From: the human T2T-CHM13v2.0 reference genome, Homo sapiens
DNA: 64,000 nt
Strand: one strand, 5' to 3'
NCBI RefSeq assembly: GCF_009914755.1
Contig: NC_060938.1
Shown: piece after piece, positions 54,280 to 64,000 of the stretch
How positions within the stretch are numbered: position 1 is the first letter of the stretch
Layout: each line of letters starts with the position of its first letter
Position numbers and translations under genes: made by a program
The notes under the pieces: generated by a model
The model's database searches: none
What the model saw: only the letters and a program-made list of their open reading frames with translations
Told to the model about the DNA's origin: nothing

Positions 54280-54703
54280 CCCTAATCATAATTTTCTTCT
54301 TCCTGCATAGTAACAGAATGTCAGCAGGACACGTTACTGCCCAAAGAAAGAGTGAATTCCCCAGCTCTTCTTCCACCTAACTACCGCCATGAGACTAAAG
54401 TAATGCCCATGCAATGTGAGCAGAAGTGATTATGCCATTCTGGTGTCTTGTTATTGAAGGGATTGGAGGTGAGCTCCCCTGTTTGTTTCTCTCACTATTG
54501 CTGCTGGGAGATGGGGAGAGCAGGAGCAGCCAAGTCCAATTCCCTACTTAGTGGAAGCCATGTGTGAGGGATGGCAGAGCTGTCTAACAACCCCACACTG
54601 TCTACTTCTCTGATTGCCATATGAAGAAGAAATAAATTTCAGTCCTTTATAAGCCACTCTGTATGAGGTTTTCTTTTTAGTTTATATACTAGTTAATATA
54701 ACA
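54280..54703 (+). mobile_element. MLT1J-like MaLR LTR
   Basis: aatgtgagcagaagtgat...gaagccatgtgtgagggatggcagagc...gaaataaatttc...taagccact. Confidence 0.65.
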
Positions 54704-54731
54704 CTCCAGTTCCAAATTCTAAATAAATAAA

Positions 54732-55220
54732 CAGTCAGGGGGACAATAGGAAACAAATGACACCCACACAAAGTAGAATAACTCAAGGAAGATGTGCTTA
54801 CAAAGTGATTATTATAAGGGTGTGGTTGTAGGTAAACCAAAGGAGTAGTGCAGCACCCCAGAACTAGCAGTATCTGAGCTGTTAGCACCCCCAGCTCTTA
54901 AAAGTTGAATTAGGGGAGCAGTTCCTCAAACTTGAGGGAGAAATGGTTATGACGAGTTAGAATGCTTGAGAGGATTAGTATCTTTCAGTCAAGGGGCCTC
55001 TCTGTCCAAGCCAACCTCACAGAGAAAGTCAACACCGTGACCTCACTCTTCTCCCTCACTCCTCTCGGCCTCCAGGGCTCCCCACTGGAGAACAGGAATC
55101 AAACAGGAAGCTGGGCACACAGGAACCTTATTGCTGCAATACAGGTCAGCTCTCATGGGCAGAAAACAGCCTAGAAAAATGTGGGGAATATTTCTCAAAG
55201 AGCACATGAAATATATCCAG
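54732..55220 (-). mobile_element. LTR33-like ERVL LTR
   Basis: cagtcaggg...aggaaacaaatgacac...ttacaaag; resembles the reverse complement of the 39.2-kb LTR end. Confidence 0.5.
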
Positions 55221-56572
55221 CTTGAAGCATAGCTCTGCTCAACAAGTGAGGAAAACAAAGGCACAGAGAGAATAGCATTATGTTCTGCTTTTATATCCTC
55301 ATCTAGGTTTAAATGTGGGTTTTTAAAATTAATTTATAGGAAGCTGCCCAATTAGGAGTTTGGTAAGGCTTATTTCCTTCTGTTTATGATAATGCAATGA
55401 TGGATTCAATACACAATTTAATAAGCATTCCTTAGACATCAACTAGGTATCAGGCATGACATAAGGCACTGGAAGCTACAGTCTCAGGACTAGTCCCTGA
55501 GGATCTGATAAACTAGGCATATTTCATAGCTAATGTTTTCCTGCAGTTCAACTCAGAGTATCCTTAGTGGCTTATGCCACCTTCTTAACAATCTTCTTAA
55601 GAGAGATGAAGCATGATGATGACAGCTGTCCACATGTTTATTAAACTCATATTTAGTAAATTCAGGTCCTTTGAGAGAAAGTGGTGTCTGGTAATGATAT
55701 GCTGAACATAATCAGCAGAAAATATTGCAGCTAAGACGTCAGGAGAAACGAAAACACTCTAAGTCATAATATGATGGAAACCAGTCAGATTTCTTGGTGG
55801 AAATCAACAGAAATCAAAGTTGACTATCTTAAATCAAAAAGAGACCTGACTAGAGAGACATCAAGAGTGCACCACACAGATGAAGTCTGAAGGGTCAGGC
55901 ATAAAAAATGGGAAGAATCTAAATACATGAATTAAGTAGAGTATACACCAGTCTGCTATCATAAAGAGATGCCCCAATGTTGAAGGTTAGACTTGACAGA
56001 CTCTATTTTATTCTCCCAGAAGAGTCAGGCTAAACCACACAGTTGGGTCGGCCCTTTCCACAAAGTCAATCAGAAATCCAGGTTTCTCCCCTTTTGTTGT
56101 TCTGTCACCCTCTAATATGTTATCCTTTTTCACAAGGTCAAAGCTCTATTGTTACAATGACCTCATATATACCTGTAGAAAAGGAGGAAGAAAGGACAAT
56201 CGGGGCAAGAAAAGGACTGAGTGGTTGCTCCATCTATTCTGTGCATATGCAATTGTTTGAAATTTAGTCATTTGGCTGCACCAAGATGCAGGGAAAGATA
56301 AAAATTTAAGTCTGTTTATCTTTAGCCATGTACCCAGCTTAATCTTAACCAGAAATAGATAAGAGCTCAGTCACAACAAGGGAACTCCAAATGTTTGGCT
56401 GAGCAGAAACCAAAGCAAACATTACTATGTAGAAATAATCTGGTCTGAGTTTCTCCTTGGCCACTACAATGAGACTGACCTCTTAATGTCCCTGTGGATA
56501 TGCATCATCCACTGAAGTTTTGGAATTTCAAGAAAGAGTGACTTACTGACCTGGCCAAAATCAATGAGTGCC

Positions 56573-56935
56573 TGTATTAGTCTGTTTTCACACTGCTATA
56601 AAGAATACTACCTGAGACTGGGTAATTATAAACAACAAAGGTTTAATTGACTCACAGTTCTGCATGGCTAGGGAAGCCTCAGGAAACTTACAATCATGGC
56701 AGAAGGTAAAGGGGGAGCAAGCAATTCTTACATGGCGGCAGGTGAGAGGCAGCACAGGGAAAACTGCTGTTTATAAAACCATCAGATCTCATGAGAATTC
56801 ACTCACTGTCACAAGAACAGCATGGGGGAAACCACCCCCATGATCCAATCACCTCCCAGCAGGTCCCTTCCTGGACACGTGGGGATTACAAGTCAAGGTG
56901 AGATTTTGGTGGGGACACAGAGCCAAATTATATCA
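56573..56935 (-). mobile_element. MSTA/THE1D-like MaLR solo LTR
   Basis: tgtattagtctgttttcacactgctataaag...agccaaattatatca; 5-bp TSD gtgcc at 56568-56572 and 56936-56940. Confidence 0.92.
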
Positions 56936-57065
56936 GTGCCCAACCATGAGACAGGATGAAAGAGGACATATCCTCTTCAAATTTAACAGTGGGATGCACC
57001 ACTAATACCTACCAAAAATAAATGTGATGAGGAATGCCCCAAATTGGAAGCCAAGGAGGAGGGTA

Positions 57066-57354
57066 TTTGTTTTTGTTTGTTTGTTTGATTGCTTTTGAGA
57101 AAGAGAGTACTCACTCTAACTCTCAGGCTGGAGTTCCGTGCCATAATCATAGCTCCTGGCCTCCAGGATCCTCCGGCTTCAGCCTCCCAAGAAGCTGGGT
57201 CTACACACACCACCAAGCTCAGCTAAATATTTTTTGGTAGAGCAGGGGATCTCACTGTATTGCCCATGCTGGGCTCAAATTCCTGGCCTTACGTAATCCT
57301 CCTGCCTTGGCCTCACAAAGCTCTGGGATTATGGCATGAGCCACCATACTCAGG
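57066..57354 (-). mobile_element. AluJ SINE, diverged
   Basis: (tttg)n tail; ctcctgccttggcctcacaaagctctgggatt...gagccacca. Confidence 0.85.
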
Positions 57355-57659
57355 TGAAACACAGTAACTGGCATTAGAAAGATGAAATCTACTGTAAGAC
57401 ATATCATTATTAAAAAGTTACCTGAAAATTATTCTATAAAATTTTTGTCCTTCACTTCATCTGTTCATTCATTCTAGCTCTATGCACTATAAACTGTGAC
57501 TTATTGGTGACACAATGCTGGAAATGTCATTATGAACTTTTGGCCAAATGTTTGATCCTTAACAAAAGAAAAAAATGTCATGATTTTGGTGTATTATTTA
57601 ATATTCTTAATTCAATAGTTTCTAGCTAATGTCATAGAAATAATCCCCAGGAACATTGC

Positions 57660-57870
57660 TACAGTAGTAGAAAGAACATGATTTTGAAGTCTGACAAATT
57701 CGGATTTAACCCATGTAATGCAGTTTAGCCAAGTAAGTCTACCTCTTTGAGTTTTGTTTTCTCATCTTTACAGTGGTGCTAATAACCTTACCATATAGGG
57801 TAACTTTAAAAGCTAAATTAGAACATGAATAAAAACTGCTTAGCATGTGGTAGGGATTTGCAATTATCAG
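57660..57870 (+). mobile_element. MIR SINE
   Basis: gtagtagaaagaacatg...tttctcatctttacagtgg...aataacctta. Confidence 0.6.
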
Positions 57871-58099
57871 GATCCCCCAGCTATGCTTCATTTAGTTGCC
57901 AAGATAATGTGATGGCTGCTTTAGGGATACAACATATATTCCAGTTAAAAAGCATTGTTTCTGGCCAAAAAACATATGGCCAATACACATGAATAACTTG
58001 AATTGCATAGGCAGTTTTTCTAAGGAGTAATTCATCCTCATTTAAGTTATGGTTTAAGCATGTCTGGAATTGCAAACAGTTAATAGCGTGAGATCTGAT

Positions 58100-58520
58100 T
58101 GATTTAAATAAGTGGATCGGCAAATGTGCAAAGATGACCTAACCAATTTGTATCCCAGTATAAATTTCAAAAATATAAAAGCATGACTCATACAATCATA
58201 GAGTAACTGTATGCCTAATAATTAATTCAAATCATTAATTAAAGAGGGAACCAGTAAGATGATGAAGGTCGTTCAAAGCATTTTAGGAATCATGATGTAG
58301 ATTAGATAGTCAACAGAATTTTGAAATTAATTTAGATACAAAATTGAGTAATGCCTTATAGAGCAATGAAACTAAAACCTTTAGTATTATCTCTTTTTCT
58401 GGAGAAACATCCACAGGTTAATATGTAACATTTTAGTTAGTATCTGTACTCTAAACAAATAGTAAACTGCAAGTTCAAAGAAATGTCCATTCTCCAAGGT
58501 AATTAAACCTGTGCGATCCT
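58100..58520 (-). mobile_element. Probable ERV1 LTR (LTR37-like)
   Basis: gagggaaccagtaagatg...aaactgcaagttcaaagaaatgtccattctccaaggtaattaaacctgtgc; family from memory only. Confidence 0.4.
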
Positions 58521-58521
58521 C

Positions 58522-58842
58522 TCTTAGTCCATTTGTGTTGCTAGAAAAGAATACCTGAGGCTCAGTAATTTATAAATAAAAGAGGTTTATTTGACTTATG
58601 GTTGTTCAGGCTGTACAAGAAGTATGGTGCCAGCAGCTGCTTCTCATGATGGCTTTAGGAAGCTTTCACTCAGGGTGGAGGGGGAAAAAGAGTCAGAGTG
58701 GGCAGATCACATGGTGAGAGAGGGAGGAAGAGTGAGAGAATAAGGTGCCAGACTTTTTGCAACAAGCAGCTCTCTTGAGAATTAAGAGTGAGAACTGACT
58801 CACTCCCTTGAGAATGACAACCAAGCCATTCATGAAGATCTG
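58522..58842 (-). mobile_element. MSTB-like MaLR LTR, truncated
   Basis: cttagtccatttgtgttgct...gaatacctgagg...caggctgtacaagaag...aagccattcatgaagatctg. Confidence 0.85.
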
Positions 58843-60381
58843 TAAAACCGGTAAAACAGCATTCCGATATGATATTGAAAGGACATGGACTCAGCCTTTT
58901 TGCTTTATTTCCAAGGTTTTGATATATTTTTCCTAACAATAGTAAGCCCATTGTTGTTTGACTATAGCACTTAAATATGGGTACTGATTAACAGCCTTAT
59001 TTGGGTTATTAAAACAAATTAACTGCATACATCGCTGTTTTCAACTTTGAGATTAACAGATGCAACAATAGTCAAAATATCACATTTATTATTTAAATAA
59101 TTTGTCTAAGGGATGCAGCAACTTCTTCTTTCTCCTCACTTCCCTGTCTTGATTATAATTTTATATTCCATTAAAACCAAAATGACATACATGAAACAAG
59201 TTTTTGAACAGCAATAGAAATTAGTAAATTTCTACAAAGTTATTAGTAATGGGTTATCCTCAAACATTTGTGTACAAGAAAACTCTCATCTGCTCCATCT
59301 GCCCATAGAAACCTTTGCAACTGAAGATAAGGAAGATCAGAATATTTTAAGATTCACATCCTCTTAAATAAACTAGAAATTTAGGTTTTAAGTGACAAAC
59401 TGTCTGGTAGCTCCAGGGCTGGCCTAAGGCAAAACTATAAAATCTGTGAAGTGTGATTTCCATGTTCTCTAGCCCTCTTCCTGGATCCTCCACTTTCCTC
59501 GGCCCATCTGTCCATGTCAATATTCACTGATCTTGGCTATTCAATCTACTCTCTGGTGATATCCTGCTCCGGGCTGCTTTTTCTAGCAGATGTCTGAGAC
59601 ATGAGAAGTTTCCCATCTGAGGGAATAAGAAATTCCTATGCCTGTGTATATCTAATTCATTGTACATGGACAAATCCTTCTATAAATAATTTCTGCTAAA
59701 TATAAAAAACTGGTTGGTGCTGATAAGTCAGTTCTCTCCTCATCTAATATAATAGCATGGGGATGGGGGGGAGTATTGCGTGTGTGTGTGCCCATTAAAC
59801 ACACTTACCCTGTTGGTAAAAAGTAATCAATAATGTGAATTTTTGGAGGAAGTTTGCTTCGAGATTCTTCTACAATAAGCACGGTCTTATTGGGGTTGGC
59901 CCTTATTAACTTAGACAACTGCCTGTTGATGTTCAGACTAACTCTGGCCTTCATCTTCATTAATGAAGTCTTTATTATGCCATGATATGATATCAGATCA
60001 AATATCATTTTTTTCTTTCATCTTCTCAGACACTGAAGAGTCCAGACACATGGAAAGCCCTTTTCATTAAGAGAAATGACTTGAAAAGGTAATTTAAAAT
60101 GACGTATCTCTTAGTAACTATGTGAGGGGAAATTTTCAGTGCATAACACAACCAGGGCACTTCATATAGCCCCACGCATGTGTGGGTGTTTCATGCTGAT
60201 TGTTTTCCCATTAAAAGTCTACCATATATTTTATTTATTTCAAGGGAAAGCAAAATTATGATAAGGGAAACTCACTACTATACCATGGGCATAAGTTATT
60301 TCAAGTAAAAATGTATCAATTGAATATCTACCATAAAATTGCACTCCTCATATTGCATATACAAATACCATACAACATACA

Positions 60382-61312
60382 AGAGATTCCCAGACTTTCT
60401 TGGTTTATAGCACCCTTAGTCTCGCATTAGGTTTTTTTCTTCAATGAAAAGAAAAAAGTACCAGTTTCATTTATTAAATAATTAGTTCCAACACGCTTAT
60501 TAAATACCATATTTATATCATAACAACTTAGCCATTTGAAAAATAATTAAATGAAAGAAAATATAACATTTTTATTTTATTCATATTTATTAATAAAATG
60601 TATATGCCAGTTGAACACAGCACAAATTCTCAAACATTGAGATCAAATTGGACACTGCTACCCTCATTTTTTGCCCGTATTACTTTTACACAGTACTTGT
60701 TTATTATCATGACCATCACCAAAAAAGGAGTTTGGGAAAAAGGTGATATTATAAACAGAGATATATCATGATCTAATATTAAAACTGTGAACTATCTGAT
60801 AAATAAAATTTGGCCCAAAGCTCCCTCCATACACAGTGAATTGTAACCTAACTGAATATGTAAACAAATTGCATTCTAACTTGAGGGTATATTCTTGCAG
60901 CAAGTAACCAGGTCTCATCCAAGCAGCCAAGGTTTCAGCCAATCACATGCTGCAAACTGCTCTGACAATAAGACAAACTTGCAGCTGTGACCAATCAGGC
61001 TATTTCTGTACATCACTTCCTTTTTCTGTCTGTAAATACTGCCTGCCCATGTTGCTGGGTGGAGCTCTCTGTAGCTTTCCTAGTTCAGGTACTGCTGGAT
61101 TCATGAATTGCTTCTTTGCTGAAATAAACTTTGCTAAATTAAATCTGCCTAAGAAAAGTTTTTAAACACACCTCAACCAGCTTGTAGTTAATGCAGTGAC
61201 TGACAAATCCCAACTGTCATTCTTTCCCTTGAAAATTTAAAGTAACCAGCAGCATCTATGTAAATTCACTGTGATACCTGGGAGTGCAACAGTATATAGT
61301 TTGGGGGCCATG
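60382..61312. mobile_element. MER119 hAT-Charlie relic interrupted by an LTR
   Basis: ttcccagactttcttggttt...cacccttagt...attggacactgctaccctcattt...aaactgtgaacta | ...ttcccttgaaaatttaaa...tagtttgggggccatg. Confidence 0.75.
60797..61168 (+). mobile_element. MER57-family ERV1 solo LTR
   Basis: TG...CA ends; tgtaacctaact, cagccaatca, gaccaatcaggct...tcacttcctttttctgtc, aataaac poly-A signal. Confidence 0.7.
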
Positions 61313-61857
61313 CCAATGGATACTATTATTTAAATTCTCAAAGAATTTAAAATGTATTAAGTGTTAATCATTTCAATAACTACCATGGAAATAAAAAATA
61401 TATTTATTGAGATCACATTTGGAAAGATCACCGCTGGCTCAAAAAAAAAAAGGTGAATTTTAAGAAGAATCCTGAAGTTTGGGTAGCATTTTGACAGGTA
61501 AAGATGGAGACAGTAAAGATGTAGGGATTGTAATGTCAGAGTTATAGATCATTATGAATGTTCTGATGCAGGTTATGAGCAGACACTGTAGATGGAAAGA
61601 CAAGTAACACACAGACACGACCCTCAGAAATCTCATTCGGCTAAAAGAAGCATAGCAATTTGCCTAATCTGATGCAGGACACATGGCGTGGGAGATAGAG
61701 AGTAGGAAGAAGTTATCAAAACTAAGGCTAGAATATGGATTTTGCCATATTTAGAATACCTTCAATGCCAGTATAAGGAATTGATAGACAATAGAAAAGA
61801 ATTTAGACATCTCTTACTGTCATTACTAACAAACAATTGGGTAATATCAACTAATTA

Positions 61858-62225
<368 letters not shown>

Positions 62226-62334
62226 AAGAGCAGAATTTGCTTCCTATAGCATGGACCTATCAAATTAATAAGCAAAATTTCCAAACCAGAGGAGTAAAAT
62301 ATCCTGAAATTAAAGGAAAAAAAATTATCATCAT

Positions 62335-62547
62335 TGGGCTCAAGCCATCCTCTCACCATCTCAGCCTCCTGAATAGCTGAAACTACAGGCATGAGCCACC
62401 ACGCCTAGATAATTTTTGTATTATTTTCTAGCAAAGGGGTTTCTCCATTTTTGCCCAGGGTGGTCTCAAACTCCTGAGCTCAAACCATCCACCCGCCTCA
62501 GCCTCCCAAAATGCTGGGATTACAGGCATGCGCCACTGCGCCCGGCC
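62335..62547 (-). mobile_element. AluJ-like, lacking 3' end and tail
   Basis: gggctcaagccatcc...tcctgagctcaa...cgccactgcgcccggcc. Confidence 0.88.
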
Positions 62548-63144
62548 AGAAAAAATTATTATTCTATTTTTATTCATTTCCCAAATGAGTCATATTCCAC
62601 CAAACTATTGCTCTCTATGATTTTCCAAACCAGAATAAATGTATAAGTTCTGGCATCATAGAACATATTAATAATTTTACCTATCACTTTTTAAGTGCTT
62701 AGGTAACACAAACACAATTTATAATTTAGGAGATACTGACTGATATGGTTTCAAGCTTAAGTGGAAATTATTATGTCCACATATTTAAATGTTTACTAAG
62801 ATTTATCAGAAACTCACATGGCCCAGAAATATACACATACTGAGCAAGAAATGAAAGTAGTCCACAAAATATTATAGTACTTCATTAAAAATAATCTTCC
62901 TCAAGGTGTTATTATCCATTCATCAAATATATCGTAATGCATAAGCATGACAAATAATTTATTATGACTGTCTTAAATTAGGATGAAGTTCTTGATGGAT
63001 TAAAGACTTCCAAAACAATGTCCTGAATAGATATCCTGAATAGAAACCAGAAAATTGGCCTTGGGGATTATGGTTCTAAAACCTGGCTTGAGCCTCGTTA
63101 GTAACAAGCACCAGCATAACTAAGATATATATGGATCATTTCAA

Positions 63145-63310
63145 ATTACAAATAGGTCATCAGATCTAATCTCTACAACTATCCATAAGGGTCTACTGAT
63201 GATATTTCTTTTATTGATGAGGAAACTAAAGCTCAGAATTTAATTGATGGCTGAAGATTATAGTTTATAAAAGATACTATAATCTAGGGCATCTGACTCA
63301 TATTTTGTAG
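63145..63310 (-). mobile_element. MIR SINE
   Basis: taatctctacaac...gatgaggaaactaaagctcaga...tctgactc. Confidence 0.6.
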
Positions 63311-63825
63311 GTCTTCTAATAAATATCTTGTTGCAGGTAAAATAATGATAGATCACCAGCTGTGACTTGAGGAGCTCTATCATATTTTCCAGCCAATAAA
63401 TGCATCTTCTCTCCCCTGACAGGAGTGCAAAGATCTGCCATTTTGGCCATTTTCTTGAATTCAATCATTAGATACCTTTCAAAATGAAAATGTTAACTTG
63501 GTTGGAGATAATATACGTGAACACTTTTAATACACTTCTTGACATATAAAAGGCATCCAATAAATGCTTGTTATTATTTTTTAATGAATGCATTAACAGT
63601 CGGTCTATTAGTAAGGAGTCATTTGTCAAATTAACTGTCACTTAACAGAGTACAGTCAGAGAGAATAGGACAAAGAGATAAATTTGATTGGGAATAGGGA
63701 AGAAAAAAATGGGTCTGTTCCAAATTGTGCACTGATTCAGAGACACTGGCAGATGGGTTAGTGCAATGCTTTCAATATTGATGTTATTTAAGAGAGAAGG
63801 ATACTGCAGCCACGCTTTATCTTCT

Positions 63826-63967
63826 TCATAGTTTTTCTTCAGGGCGGTCATCAGGGTCGTTTTTATCCTTTCTTGCTCTCTTCTTTTTAGTATTTGCGTG
63901 CTGACAATCTGCTCTTATTTGCTGGCTCGGTGTTACGGCAAGTGACAATTGGAAGGCACCATTCAAA
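63826..63967 (-). CDS. Candidate terminal coding exon of an unidentified minus-strand gene (xLNGAFQLSLAVTPSQQIRADCQHANTKKKRARKDKNDPDDRPEEKL*, or the phase-0 alternative FEWCLPIVTCRNTEPANKSRLSARKY* ending at 63887)
   Basis: polypyrimidine acceptor ttcttatgttttctttaag at 63968+; non-repetitive with about 6 CpGs in 150 bp against a CpG-poor background; downstream ATTAAA/AATAAA on minus at ~63580, ~63527 and ~63210; protein not recognised. Confidence 0.45.
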
Positions 63968-64000
63968 CTTAAAGAAAACATAAGAATCACACCAGCACTA

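Noticed and set aside
63642-63851. 69-aa ORF with hydrophobic C-terminus resembling a GPI/TM tail
   Set aside because: Frame is closed immediately after the upstream acceptor; hydrophobicity reflects T-rich probable 3' UTR

Overview
Primate genomic DNA, almost certainly human given an intact AluYb8, that is AT-rich and dominated by interspersed repeats: about 16 Alus (J, S, Y, Yb8), L1 3' ends and ORF2 remnants, L2/MIR relics, about 15 solo LTRs (THE1, MST, MLT1, LTR33-like, MER57-like) and DNA-transposon relics (MER1A, MER119, MER53, MER104-like). Simple repeats include a ~500-bp polypurine tract and (TA)n arrays. No complete gene, RNA gene, CpG island or CRISPR array is visible, and almost all listed ORFs are chance ORFs or repeat-derived. 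The best genic signal is at the far right: a candidate terminal coding exon on the minus strand (acceptor at 63968-63969) of a gene I cannot name. I found no evidence for a new biological system. The most interesting features are mutational and transpositional: a young AluYb8 with a 17-bp TSD, a nested MST>MER1A+Alu structure with intact TSDs, several template-switch or tandem-duplication scars, and a (TA)n fold-back palindrome. Repeat subfamily names come from recalled consensus features, not from an alignment, and boundaries of old repeats are approximate.
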